DNA of 64,000 nucleotides. Origin: an uncultured Candidatus Saccharibacteria bacterium (GTDB taxonomy: Bacteria > Patescibacteriota > Minisyncoccia > UBA6257 > 1-14-0-10-44-23). A program made the position numbers and the translations under genes. Below are positions 46,491 to 56,541 of this stretch, one piece after another (position 1 is the stretch's first letter; each line of letters starts with the position of its first letter). Location: positions 78,196-142,195 of the forward strand of contig CAYMXN010000002.1 in NCBI GenBank assembly GCA_964394435.1, given 5' to 3'. The notes under the pieces were generated by a model. The model did not search any database. It was not told the origin of the DNA and worked only from the letters and a program-made list of their open reading frames with translations.

Positions 46491-46519
46491 GCAACTCCTT
46501 TTAGGTAGGATTTCCTAGC

Positions 46520-46544
46520 AAAAACCCCCGCATGGGGGTTTTTG
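46520..46544 (+). terminator. Intrinsic terminator.
   Basis: aaaacccccgcatgggggtttttgc. Confidence 0.7.
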
Positions 46545-46581
46545 CTTGTGCCGACACCTATAAAAACGTTAGTATTAGTAC

Positions 46582-49068
46582 GTGAAATCAACACTTGTTT
46601 CAACTAGCCTTCGAAAGGCTCGTATCGGCTGGCGCAAACTAATTCAGGGTGCGCGGCGTATTCATTTTTGGCGCTACGCGCTTCTCACGGCGATTGTTCT
46701 TTTTGTTTTTGGATTCTTTTTCTTACTTGGAATAATCAACACGCTCCCTTCACCGCAACTCCTTGCTGATCATGAGGTAACCGAGTCGACAAAAATTTAC
46801 GACCGAACCGGCACGACGGTGCTCTATGAGATCTATGGCGATGAAAAGCGAACCGTTTTACCATTTGAAAAAATCCCAACCCAGGTCAAACAGGCAACTA
46901 TCGCTATCGAAGATGCTGAATTCTATAACCACCCAGCGGTTGACCTCAAATCTCTTTTTCGCGCGGTCTTTGTAAACCTTCGCTACGGCTGGGGAACACA
47001 GGGAGGATCGACTATCACCCAGCAGCTCGCTAAAAATGTGTTTTTAAGCCGCGAAAAAACCATTACCCGTAAAATCAAAGAGCTTGTGCTCGCCTTTCGC
47101 CTCGAACAGAAGTTTACGAAAGATGAGATCCTCTCGTTATATTTAAACCAGATTCCCTATGGAGGCACTGCGTACGGTATTGAGTCGGCGAGTCAGGCGT
47201 ATTTTAAAAAACCCGCAGCTGACCTCTCCCTTCCTGAAATCGCAGTTCTCGTCGCACTTCCTCAATCTCCAAGCTACTACTCACCTTGGGGAAGTCACGT
47301 CAAAGAACTCATGGACCGAAAGACGCTCGTTTTAAGCAAGATGCGCGACTTAGGATATATCACCACTGAACAGTATGAGAGCGCGAATAAAGCAAAAATT
47401 ACTTTTACCCAACAAACCTCTGGCATTCTCGCGCCGCACTTTGTTATTGCGGTTCAAGACTATCTTAATGCGAAGTATGGCGAAGACTTTGTGCGAAGCG
47501 CGGGCTTAAAAGTTATCACCACTCTTGATTGGAATCTACAACAGCGAGCAGAGGAAGCGGTTAAGGCTGGCGCGCAGCGCAATGAAGAGCTCTACCAAGG
47601 AAAAAACGCCGCATTGGTTGCGCAGGATACTAAGACGGGGCAGATTCTCGCACTCGTTGGCAGCCGTGATTACTTTAATAAAGATATTGACGGTCAGTTT
47701 AACGTTGTCATACAGGGATTGCGCCAGCCAGGATCGGCGATCAAGCCGTTCGCGTACCTTGCGGCTCTTGTAAAAGGACTAACTCCTGACACTATTCTTT
47801 TTGATGTTCCGACCGAATTTGATACCACGAAGAATCCCGAGAATAGCTATCAGCCGGGAAACTTTGATGACGACTTCGTAGGACCAATTACCCTGCGTAA
47901 TGCGCTTGCGCAATCGCGCAATATTCCGGCAGTTAAAACGCTTTATTTAGCCGGCGTCGACAACTTTCTTAAGCTCGTAAAGTCGTTTGGTATTAGCACG
48001 CTCACTGAACGTGGACGCTACGGCCTTTCGCTCGTGCTTGGAGGTGGTGAGGTTAAGCTTATTGATTTAATCGGTGCGTACTCTATTCTCTCGCAAGAAG
48101 GAGTTAAGCATAACCAAGCGATGGTTCTTCGCGTTGAAGATCGAAAAGGGCAAATTCTTGAAGAGTATCGCGATATCTCTAGCCGCGTGATTGACGAGCA
48201 GTATCCGCGCATGATTAACAATATTCTTTCGAGCGTTGAGGCGCGTAGCCCCCTCTTCCACGCAAGCCTCAATCAAACAATCTTCCCGGGCTATGATGTC
48301 GCCATTAAAACCGGAACGACCAACGACTATCGTGATGCGTGGTCTATTGGGTACACACCTAACCTCGCCGTTGGCGTGTGGGCGGGAAACAGTAATAATC
48401 AGCCGATGGTTCGTAGTGGTGGAAGTATTTTGGCAGCTATTCCGATTTTACATGCGTTTCTTTCAGACGCGCTTATTGGACAACCTCAAGACCGATTTAC
48501 CCCACCTGAACCACTCACCCCAACCAAGCCCGTACTTCGCGGCGAGCACATTACTACTTATCAACTTGGCGGAACTTCGTATCCGCAGGTACATTCGATT
48601 TTATATTATGTTGATAAGCGTAATCCAAACGGGCCGATACCAGCAGCTCCTGATCAAGATCCGCAATTTGAGAATTGGGAGAAGCCAGTTATCGAGTGGG
48701 CGAAAACGCACATTACGGGATTTGTTGAAGGAGTTACTTATAACCAACCAATTCCATTTGGCGCAGTATTAAGTAATACGAGCCAGATGGCGAGCTCCTC
48801 AATCACCTTTAATACTCCGATTAATGGTTCGTTTGTAAGCACGAATCTATCGATTACTGCGACGCTCTCGTCGATTAATCCTATTACTCGTATTGATGTA
48901 CTCCTTAATGGAGTAATCCTTGAATCAAGAACTGGGTCATTTGGAAACAACTACTCCTATCAGAACACGTTTACGGTAAATAACTTAAATCAACAAAACA
49001 GTTTAATCCTTTCATTCTTTGATACTGCGAATACAAAAACTGAACAAGAAATTATCGTATATAAGTAA
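46582..49068 (+). CDS. Class A penicillin-binding protein (transglycosylase plus transpeptidase, PBP1A-like).
   Basis: N-terminal TM. GT51 motifs IAIEDAEFYNH, GGSTITQQLAKN and RKIKE. Transpeptidase motifs SAIKPF (SxxK) and KTGT. A C-terminal extension is present. GTG start. Confidence 0.85.
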   Translation: MKSTLVSTSLRKARIGWRKLIQGARRIHFWRYALLTAIVLFVFGFFFLLGIINTLPSPQLLADHEVTESTKIYDRTGTTVLYEIYGDEKRTVLPFEKIPTQVKQATIAIEDAEFYNHPAVDLKSLFRAVFVNLRYGWGTQGGSTITQQLAKNVFLSREKTITRKIKELVLAFRLEQKFTKDEILSLYLNQIPYGGTAYGIESASQAYFKKPAADLSLPEIAVLVALPQSPSYYSPWGSHVKELMDRKTLVLSKMRDLGYITTEQYESANKAKITFTQQTSGILAPHFVIAVQDYLNAKYGEDFVRSAGLKVITTLDWNLQQRAEEAVKAGAQRNEELYQGKNAALVAQDTKTGQILALVGSRDYFNKDIDGQFNVVIQGLRQPGSAIKPFAYLAALVKGLTPDTILFDVPTEFDTTKNPENSYQPGNFDDDFVGPITLRNALAQSRNIPAVKTLYLAGVDNFLKLVKSFGISTLTERGRYGLSLVLGGGEVKLIDLIGAYSILSQEGVKHNQAMVLRVEDRKGQILEEYRDISSRVIDEQYPRMINNILSSVEARSPLFHASLNQTIFPGYDVAIKTGTTNDYRDAWSIGYTPNLAVGVWAGNSNNQPMVRSGGSILAAIPILHAFLSDALIGQPQDRFTPPEPLTPTKPVLRGEHITTYQLGGTSYPQVHSILYYVDKRNPNGPIPAAPDQDPQFENWEKPVIEWAKTHITGFVEGVTYNQPIPFGAVLSNTSQMASSSITFNTPINGSFVSTNLSITATLSSINPITRIDVLLNGVILESRTGSFGNNYSYQNTFTVNNLNQQNSLILSFFDTANTKTEQEIIVYK

Positions 49069-49081
49069 CCAAAAAGCGCCG

Positions 49082-50194
49082 TTAGGCGCTTTTTGCTGGC
49101 ATTACGATATAAAGAAGCGTTTCGTCATCGAGCGGCTTAATCACCGCTGGTTTAGAATCTCCGTTTATCCCAATCATAATCTGTTTAGCTTCAATTGGGC
49201 GTAAGGCGTCTAAGAGGTATCGCCAGTTAAATGATACTGCTTCAAACCCCTCACCCTTCTTCTTAATTGGGATTAAGTAGTTATTTTCTCCTAAGTACTG
49301 ATTATTTGAATATACTTCGAGTGCCTTTGCATCAGTAGTGGCTTTAAACTTCACATCACTTGTTCGTCCAGAGAAGTTACTTACCAGCTTAAGAGCGGTA
49401 ATAAGATTCATACGTTCAGCGATAATCTCTGTTTCGGAGTTTTTAGGGATAATCGCTTGATAGTCTGGATACTGCCCATCAATTAATCGAGAGATTAAGC
49501 TAATATTTTCACTCTCAAATAAGACTTGGTTTGTATCAAAAGCGATTTTAAGTTTTTGATCGTCTGAAAAGATACGAAGAACCTCTTGAATAGTTCGAAG
49601 TGGAATAATCGCGCGCAGCCCTTTTTCGATTGTTGTCTTGAAATTTGTATTAAATAACGTCTTCTCGGCTAACCTAAAGCTATCAGTAGCGACTAATTTC
49701 AGCATCGTCACTTGAAAATCAAACAGCACTCCACTTAACTCTGGTTTAATCTCATTTGTTTGCGCAGATCCAACCACCTCACTTAGGGCGCGCTTTAATT
49801 CTGAAGCATCAATTAGTATTCCCTGCTCCGCATTCTCAACTTTTGGGATAATCGGGAACTCATTCTCATCTATACCCTGTATCTTTGCCTCATAATTGTC
49901 CGTTTTAACGATGAGATTGTTTTTTTCGGTAGTTAGACTGATTCGCTCACTATCACTCACCGAAACGATGTTATAGAGGGGATGAAATGGAACTGTAATC
50001 GAACCATTTTCAGTAATTTTCCCGGCCGTAGTACAACGAACACCGATTTCAAGGTTAGTGGTTGAGAGACTTACTCGTGCATCAGCCTTTATTAAAACGT
50101 TTTTTAAAATCGGGAGATTGTTATTCTCTATAACTCCTCTCTCCACAGCCGAAAGAGCATCTTTTAGGTTTTGCTTCAGTATTATTAATTTCAT
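49082..50194 (-). CDS. dnaN: DNA polymerase III beta sliding clamp.
   Basis: A three-domain clamp of 370 aa immediately downstream of dnaA. Confidence 0.8.
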   Translation of the reverse strand: MKLIILKQNLKDALSAVERGVIENNNLPILKNVLIKADARVSLSTTNLEIGVRCTTAGKITENGSITVPFHPLYNIVSVSDSERISLTTEKNNLIVKTDNYEAKIQGIDENEFPIIPKVENAEQGILIDASELKRALSEVVGSAQTNEIKPELSGVLFDFQVTMLKLVATDSFRLAEKTLFNTNFKTTIEKGLRAIIPLRTIQEVLRIFSDDQKLKIAFDTNQVLFESENISLISRLIDGQYPDYQAIIPKNSETEIIAERMNLITALKLVSNFSGRTSDVKFKATTDAKALEVYSNNQYLGENNYLIPIKKKGEGFEAVSFNWRYLLDALRPIEAKQIMIGINGDSKPAVIKPLDDETLLYIVMPAKSA

Positions 50195-50398
50195 ATTTTA
50201 AATACTAGTAAGAGTATTAGGAGGTGTGGATATGTGTATAAGTTATAGTTTACTCGATTTTTTCTTTTATTTCTCTAGGTTTTTTCGTAACAGGTTTTTC
50301 TGGTAACTTGGGGATAAATTTCGAAACATGTGGATGAGTTTTATATTTTCTTTTTTCTCCTCTTTTTTCTCCACAATCTTTTCAAAGATATTCACAGG
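50195..50398. other. Candidate oriC segment between dnaA and dnaN, with a DnaA-box cluster and an AT-rich unwinding element.
   Basis: Near-consensus DnaA boxes at 8 of 9 positions: TGTGGATAT, TGTGTATAA, TGTGGATGA and TTCTCCACA. AT/T-rich tracts lie between them. Confidence 0.5.
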
Positions 50399-51811
50399 TT
50401 ATTTCTTAGTTATCAACTCTTTAATCATCACAATTCTCTGATTTAATTGCTGATTTTTATTTAACTCGTTCGCAATCTTTTCATATGCATAAATAGCGGT
50501 AGTGTGGTCGCGTTTTCCAAGCTTTTCGCCGATGCTTGGATAGGAGAGGTTTAAGACATCACGTAAGAGGTACATTGCGATTTGGCGAGGCTCTACAACC
50601 TCTTTTTTGCGGCAGTGGCCAGTTAAGTCATTTGAAGAAACCTCAAAAGCTTCAGCAACCGCCTTAATAATATCAGTCGGGCTGATATTGAGTGTTGGCT
50701 CCTGGATAATATCGTTAATGATTTGTTCGGCGAATTTTGGAGTTATCTCGATCGATTTTGTTTTTTGGTAGAACAAAATACGGTTTAATACCCCTTCGAG
50801 CTCGCGGAAGTTCTTTTGAATCTTCGTAGCAATAAAGCTAATAACCTCATCAGCGAGATGTACCGAGCGATCCTGGAGTTTTGCCTTTAAAATAGCGCAA
50901 CGAAGTTCATAGTCTGGATAGCTAATATCAACCGTCATTCCTCCTTCAAACCGCGAGCGAAGACGCTCTTCAAGGTTTGGCATAAACTTCGGCGGTTTAT
51001 CCGACGAAATAATAATCTGCTTGTTTTGTTCGTAAAGTGCGTTAAATGTGTGGAAGAACTCTTCTTCTGTGGCAGTTTTACCGATAATAAACTGAATATC
51101 ATCAATAATTAAGACGTCTACCAAGCGATACTTTTCTTTGATTGTCTCCATTCGCTTATTACGAATAGCCCAAATAACGTCATTGGTGAATTTTTCAGAA
51201 GAAACATACTTTACGCGTATTCGCCCTTGGTGTTTATTGCGGATCTCGTTGCCAACAGCTTGCATTAGGTGGGTTTTTCCTAGCCCTACCCCACCATAAA
51301 TAAAGAGCGGGTTATATTTCTTGCCGATATCTTCGACAACTGCGGTAGCGGCTGCATAGCAGAGCTCATTCGATTTACCAACAATAAAGGTGCTGAAGGA
51401 GTATTTTGGGTTGAGATTTGTTTCAGTATCGATTTTAAACTCCGGGAATGAGGGTTGGGCGCTCTCATCCTGTCGTTTCGCACTCTCCTTTTGAACTGCT
51501 GGGGCGCCGTTTTTATGAACAAGGAATTCTACCTTTTTAATACCCTCATCAAGGCCACGAAGCGCGCCTAAAACCACTTTATGATATTTATTTTCAATCC
51601 ACTCCTTCGCAAAGTTGTTTGGGAGTGAGATAAAAGCGGTATTGTCTTCTTTTTTAATAAGCTGGCTGTTTTTAAACCAAGTAACGAAGTTTGGGCGGGT
51701 AATCTGAATCTCAATCTCCCCCAGCGCCGTCTTCCATAACATTTCAATATCATCTACTAAACGCGAAGCCTCCCCAGTTTTTACCAATACCACCTCATCT
51801 TTGCGTTCCAT
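50399..51811 (-). CDS. dnaA: Chromosomal replication initiator protein DnaA.
   Basis: AAA+ Walker A GGVGLGKTHLMQAVGNE and the C-terminal DNA-binding HTH (DnaA signature region). Confidence 0.9.
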   Translation of the reverse strand: MERKDEVVLVKTGEASRLVDDIEMLWKTALGEIEIQITRPNFVTWFKNSQLIKKEDNTAFISLPNNFAKEWIENKYHKVVLGALRGLDEGIKKVEFLVHKNGAPAVQKESAKRQDESAQPSFPEFKIDTETNLNPKYSFSTFIVGKSNELCYAAATAVVEDIGKKYNPLFIYGGVGLGKTHLMQAVGNEIRNKHQGRIRVKYVSSEKFTNDVIWAIRNKRMETIKEKYRLVDVLIIDDIQFIIGKTATEEEFFHTFNALYEQNKQIIISSDKPPKFMPNLEERLRSRFEGGMTVDISYPDYELRCAILKAKLQDRSVHLADEVISFIATKIQKNFRELEGVLNRILFYQKTKSIEITPKFAEQIINDIIQEPTLNISPTDIIKAVAEAFEVSSNDLTGHCRKKEVVEPRQIAMYLLRDVLNLSYPSIGEKLGKRDHTTAIYAYEKIANELNKNQQLNQRIVMIKELITKK

Positions 51812-51993
51812 ATTTTGTGCGATTAAGTATTTCTATTGTAGTGGAAGCAGTTTGCCCGTCAAATTATGAATAACGAACAACCTGTGCACTTTCTGTGTAT
51901 AACATATCCTGGTGGATGCCCAGATGCAAATTTCGAAGCAGTACTTGCATATTTCTTCAATTTCTAGTAAGATATCGCTTAAGCATATCTCAT

Positions 51994-52128
51994 ATGAGCC
52001 AAACATATCAACCGAAAAAACGTAAGCGAGCTCGCACTCATGGATTTCTCGCACGAACTAGCACGATTTGGGGCCGTCGCACGATTAAGCGCCGCCGCCA
52101 GAAAGGGCGAAAACGTCTTACCGTATAA
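51994..52128 (+). CDS. rpmH: 50S ribosomal protein L34.
   Basis: [44 protein letters not shown]. The track ORF from 51895 is an upstream extension. Confidence 0.85.
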   Translation: MSQTYQPKKRKRARTHGFLARTSTIWGRRTIKRRRQKGRKRLTV

Positions 52129-52177
52129 GAACTACAGCGCCTTTTCGGTGCTGTTTTTCTTTTTATCACCCCTGCAT

Positions 52178-52501
52178 ATGCTCGCAAAACGATATCGTAT
52201 ACCCCTTCAGGTTAAGCAGAGTCAGTCTAAGGTGACTTATCGTTGTCCCTCTTTTACTGCTAAGATTTTCGTAAATGCCCTTCCGTATGGTAGGGTTGGC
52301 GTTGTGGCTTCTAAGGCGGCACTTCCGCTTGCAACCGCGCGCAATTACTTTAAGCGAGTGGTTTTCCAGTACTTTTATGATCGAGTCTCTGGATTAGCTG
52401 GTAAAGACATTCTTATTATCGCCGCCACCTCAAAGAATCTTCCCCGGACAAAGGATGTTATTATTAAGGAACTACAAAATTTTTCTGAAAAATACTTATG
52501 A
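52178..52501 (+). CDS. rnpA: RNase P protein component.
   Basis: Basic protein of about 107 aa (MLAKRYRIPLQ...) in the conserved rpmH-rnpA-yidC-jag order. The start is inferred at an internal Met. Confidence 0.65.
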   Translation: MLAKRYRIPLQVKQSQSKVTYRCPSFTAKIFVNALPYGRVGVVASKAALPLATARNYFKRVVFQYFYDRVSGLAGKDILIIAATSKNLPRTKDVIIKELQNFSEKYL

Positions 52502-53214
52502 GAACTTTTTTCCACGTTATTCTTACTCAGCCACTCTTTAACTCGCTCGTGCTTTTGTATGAGCACGTTACTTTTGGCGATCTTGGGCTCGCGATTATTG
52601 CGCTGACAGTGATTATTCGCTTTTTGCTCTACCCTCTTTTCTATAAGGCACTTCGAAATCAGGCGATTATGCAGAAGATTCAGCCAGAGATGCAGAGGAT
52701 TCAGCGTGAGATGAAAGAAGATAAGGCTGGTCAAGCCGCGGCGATGATGAAGGTATGGAAAGAGAATAAGGTTAACCCATTCTCGCCAATTCTTATTTTA
52801 CTTATCCAACTTCCTATTCTTTTAGTTCTGTATCGTATCTTCCAGCGCGGGTTTTCGGATTCGGCTTTTGCAGCGCTTTACTCATTTGTTCCACATCCAG
52901 AGACGATCAATAATCTCTTTTTGGGGTTGATAAATCTGACTAAACCAAATATGATTATCGTCATACTGGCAGTCATCGCCCAGTACATACAGGCGCGGAT
53001 GGCTATTCCTAAGCAATCCACGGGCGCGGCGGCTAAAAGCGCAAAGAGTATGTCGCTTATCGCCCCGATCCTGACGCTTATCATTCTGCCGAGCCTGTCT
53101 TCTGCTGTAGGTCTCTACTGGCTTACTGGTTCGGTATTCTCGATTTTCCAGCAATACTTCATCAATCGCTCAATTTATGGACACGCAAAATCAGCAACTC
53201 AAGGACAAAATTAA
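52498..53214 (+). CDS. yidC: Membrane protein insertase YidC (short Oxa1-like form).
   Basis: Five TM helices with a conserved PFSPILILLIQLPILLVLY region. Confidence 0.8.
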   Translation: MRTFFHVILTQPLFNSLVLLYEHVTFGDLGLAIIALTVIIRFLLYPLFYKALRNQAIMQKIQPEMQRIQREMKEDKAGQAAAMMKVWKENKVNPFSPILILLIQLPILLVLYRIFQRGFSDSAFAALYSFVPHPETINNLFLGLINLTKPNMIIVILAVIAQYIQARMAIPKQSTGAAAKSAKSMSLIAPILTLIILPSLSSAVGLYWLTGSVFSIFQQYFINRSIYGHAKSATQGQN

Positions 53215-53617
53215 GAAGATTATTGAGCTTATGGGCCTGACGGGCGTTCAGGTTGATTTTAATGCGGAGACGCGCAATGTGAGCATTGCCGTAGGAGAGG
53301 AGGAGTGGCTCAAAAAGATGGTTCCTGACCTCGTAAAGCATCTCAAGCACCTTATTAACATCATGGCGCGCAAAGAGGGCGCAGAGGGCTATTTTGTAGA
53401 TGTAAACAACTATCGTAAGGAGCGTGAGCGATTAATTGGTGAGCTGGCAAAAGCTGCTGCGCAAAAAGCGGTAGCTACGAAGAGTGAGGTGCGTCTTCCG
53501 GCGATGAATGCGTATGAGCGCCGTATCGTACATACCGAGCTTTCGATGCGTCCAGATGTAAAAACAGAGAGCGTGGGTGAAGGAAAAGAGCGCTCGGTCA
53601 TCGTAAAGGCGATTTAA
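53177..53617 (+). CDS. jag: Jag/KhpB-like KH plus R3H domain RNA-binding protein.
   Basis: N-terminal Jag_N, then KH, then a C-terminal R3H (ERRIVHTELS). Confidence 0.7.
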   Translation: MDTQNQQLKDKIKKIIELMGLTGVQVDFNAETRNVSIAVGEEEWLKKMVPDLVKHLKHLINIMARKEGAEGYFVDVNNYRKERERLIGELAKAAAQKAVATKSEVRLPAMNAYERRIVHTELSMRPDVKTESVGEGKERSVIVKAI

Positions 53618-53620
53618 AAT

Positions 53621-53662
53621 AAAACATCCCCTGCCGGAGTCGACAGGGGATGTTTTATTTTA
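53621..53662. terminator. Bidirectional terminator.
   Basis: aaaacatcccctgccggagtcgacaggggatgtttt. Confidence 0.7.
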
Positions 53663-54844
53663 TTGCTGAAGGTTAAGACTGTAGAGATATCCGTCGGTGC
53701 GATTTATGAAGTAAAGCGTGTTGCCATTTTTCTGAACTCCCCATATATCGAGTGCGGTCGGCTGTGCGGGTAGTATTTCTTGTTGGGTGATTGAGGCGGA
53801 GTTGGTAATGTCTAGCTTTAGGATCTTATCGTTTGTGCTGGTTTTTTGCTGGAGATAGTCTTCGGGTGATTTAGTGGCGAGTATGTTGTTAGCTGGAACT
53901 GCGCAATAGATAGTTGTTTTTTCGACAAGACATTTTTGTGGCAATGAGACGATTGGAAGTGTGGCTTGTTCGGTCCCAGAGCTATCAATCAATGCGAGGC
54001 GGTTGCTTTTCCCCGTTATTGAGCTTGTAAAACGAACACCTACTTCACCTGCTTGAGACCAGCTAGAAATGAGTCCTTGGAGGTTGGTTGCTACCGGCTG
54101 AATGGTTTTCTTAGTACTATCGACTATCCAGCTCGAACCTGCGTATATGATTGATGGCTTTGTCTCAATATATATCTTATTTGATTGGTTCCAGCTTAGC
54201 GTGACGTCGAGAAGGTTTGTTTTGACGATTAATTCGGCCTTGCTAGTCTTTGGGTTGTAGAGATAGAGTGCGCCATTTTGGATATAGGCGATTTGGGGGT
54301 TTGTCTCGCTCGGACTCCACGTTGCCGCACTAACTCCTGCAGGAAGGGATTTCCATACTCCCGTGCTTGCGGTAAAGATACTAAAAGTTGACTGATTGTT
54401 TTGAGAGAATTCGATGAGCGCCTGGTCTCCTTTGGCTGAAGCTTGAGCTGATTTGATGGAGTTGGTAAGTGCTGCTCCCCTCTTTTGTTCGCCGTCTTGT
54501 GTGATCTCGTATATCTCGCCATTAATCGTCGTGTAGTATGGGCTATTGGTTGTTTTATTTAACCAAAACGAGGTAGTAATGTTTTTACTGATTTGGCGAA
54601 GAGCATTTTGTTCAGCTGGTTGAGTTTCGCTGGCATCACTTGGCTGATTATCTACCGGTTGTTCGCTTTCTGTTTGAGTGGTGTTGTCTACCACTTCTGG
54701 CGTTTGCATAGCTCCAGTTTCATCTTGCGGAAGCTGTGCTTGGGTGTTTTGAGCTGGTTGAGTTGGAGTGGTTTGTATGAAAAAGATATACCCTCCAATT
54801 GCTACTAGGATGATGATGACCAGGATGATGAGTAGGCGTTTCAT
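53660..54844 (-). CDS. Secreted or membrane-anchored hypothetical protein, beta-rich.
   Basis: N-terminal TM/signal followed by a Gln/Thr-rich linker. Confidence 0.45.
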   Translation of the reverse strand: MKRLLIILVIIILVAIGGYIFFIQTTPTQPAQNTQAQLPQDETGAMQTPEVVDNTTQTESEQPVDNQPSDASETQPAEQNALRQISKNITTSFWLNKTTNSPYYTTINGEIYEITQDGEQKRGAALTNSIKSAQASAKGDQALIEFSQNNQSTFSIFTASTGVWKSLPAGVSAATWSPSETNPQIAYIQNGALYLYNPKTSKAELIVKTNLLDVTLSWNQSNKIYIETKPSIIYAGSSWIVDSTKKTIQPVATNLQGLISSWSQAGEVGVRFTSSITGKSNRLALIDSSGTEQATLPIVSLPQKCLVEKTTIYCAVPANNILATKSPEDYLQQKTSTNDKILKLDITNSASITQQEILPAQPTALDIWGVQKNGNTLYFINRTDGYLYSLNLQQ

Positions 54845-54846
54845 AT

Positions 54847-55830
54847 TTACAGTTTATTTCGCTCTTCGCTTAGACTGGCGCGGACTTTTTCTGCAGCTTC
54901 GATTTCAGCTCTTATTTTTGCTGTGTTTAGAAATAACTGATATTCATTAGTATTGAGATCTGGATTTGCTAGGGCGATTTTCTCAAACGTTTGAGCGTCT
55001 GTTCTCTTTTGAATGTCTAGGAGGGTAGCCCTAAAGATGTCGTCGCCGAGAAGTTTTTGGTATAAGTAATCAGAACTCATTGTTCCATAGCCATTTTGGA
55101 TGATCGGATACGGTCTCTTACCGTCAGATGTTAACGTGGTATTAAAGTATTCTTTTAATTCAACATCGCCAAAGCCCAGCGATTTTAAGTTTTCTTCCAA
55201 TTGTGCGTTATAAGAGCTTGACCAGCCTATCTGCCTTCTCAATATTTCAATTGAGTTATACGCCTCCTTAATTTGTTCGTTACTCGGACTTGATCCAAGT
55301 TTATTAATTATAGAGTCAGATAGTTTTTTAATATCATCTTTCGCTTTTTCAAATTCTGCTGCGTAATCAGCGGTTACGACTTGGATGCTGTTTTTCGCTA
55401 ACTCCACCTGAAGGTCGTCTATTTTTTTCTGTTCAGCTGCTATTTTTGAGTCTAATTCATTCTTTTTTTGGATATCTTGCAGGATTTTACTCGTATCTAT
55501 ATCACTAATATCCGTGATTTTTGAGTTGATTGAGTAGAGAATTGTTACTGCGGCAAGGAGTAGAATAAGGCCGTAGATGGCGGCGCTAATGCGTTCATTG
55601 GCGCTTTCTGCGCTCGCTAGGCTTCCAGCAGAAAGAATTTTTTGGATCGCACCAAATACAAGAAATGCGAGTGCGAATAAAGCGGCTAGCCCAATCCCCC
55701 ATTTATAGATATTTAAAATATATTGTCCAAGTCCAGTGACAGTACCATCGGCGTTGCTAGCACCAATTCCTGTGATGAGTTTTGTTTGTTGAGCGGAGGC
55801 AACTTTTATAAAGAGGTTTATAGTGTGCAT
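54847..55830 (-). CDS. Membrane protein with a C-terminal coiled coil, associated with the T4SS-like cluster.
   Basis: Two TM helices followed by a long Lys/Glu-rich coiled coil. Confidence 0.4.
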   Translation of the reverse strand: MHTINLFIKVASAQQTKLITGIGASNADGTVTGLGQYILNIYKWGIGLAALFALAFLVFGAIQKILSAGSLASAESANERISAAIYGLILLLAAVTILYSINSKITDISDIDTSKILQDIQKKNELDSKIAAEQKKIDDLQVELAKNSIQVVTADYAAEFEKAKDDIKKLSDSIINKLGSSPSNEQIKEAYNSIEILRRQIGWSSSYNAQLEENLKSLGFGDVELKEYFNTTLTSDGKRPYPIIQNGYGTMSSDYLYQKLLGDDIFRATLLDIQKRTDAQTFEKIALANPDLNTNEYQLFLNTAKIRAEIEAAEKVRASLSEERNKL

Positions 55831-55844
55831 ACGAGTAGTTTGAG

Positions 55845-56483
55845 TTAATTTCTCTTTTCAAAAGTAGCTCGTTCATTTGTATTAATTCTATCCTGGATGG
55901 TTATGGCGATCGGATTTTCTATTTTCTCGAGTTGAAGTATGCCTGGCAGGCTTCGTTCTTCCTGGGTGATGTATTTCCCTTGTATAGCCCAGGTAAACAA
56001 TAAATCGGCGAGAGATTGGGTGTTAAAGAAGAATGGGTTAGCAGTATAGACATAACGTCCAGCTATTTCTTTTAGGGAGATGCTTGCCGATTGATTTGAG
56101 AGAGGTATACCAACCGCCCCTTCGACATTTTTCAGGTTGTAACCCTGAATTAGCGCGCGAACAGAGTAGCTTTTGTCGAACGTTGTGTCAGTGAGAAATG
56201 TGGCGGTTGTCATGCCGACTCCCGAGCCGATGAGGTTGTTATTTACGTACCAGGCAATTTTCTTAGTGCTAATATCTATTACCTTATTGTTATCAATGAG
56301 CATTACGGCGAGGGAGATTTTACTTCCTTTGATTGGGAGGGCTTTGCCGACATACCAGGTTGGTGTGTATGTGTTTGTTTGCCAAGTAATAATCGCAGTT
56401 GGCTCGGATGTGGTTTGTGCTAAAGCTGGCGTTGTATTAAACGCAAGAAACAGAATAGCAAGGCTCAAAAGAAAGCTTTTCAT
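55845..56483 (-). CDS. Secreted hypothetical protein.
   Basis: Signal peptide MKSFLLSLAILFLAFNTTPALA. Confidence 0.45.
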   Translation of the reverse strand: MKSFLLSLAILFLAFNTTPALAQTTSEPTAIITWQTNTYTPTWYVGKALPIKGSKISLAVMLIDNNKVIDISTKKIAWYVNNNLIGSGVGMTTATFLTDTTFDKSYSVRALIQGYNLKNVEGAVGIPLSNQSASISLKEIAGRYVYTANPFFFNTQSLADLLFTWAIQGKYITQEERSLPGILQLEKIENPIAITIQDRINTNERATFEKRN

Positions 56484-56541
56484 TACTTTAATTGTACACC
56501 AGAGAAGGCGCCAATGGCAGACAGAGTTATGCGCAGGCTTA

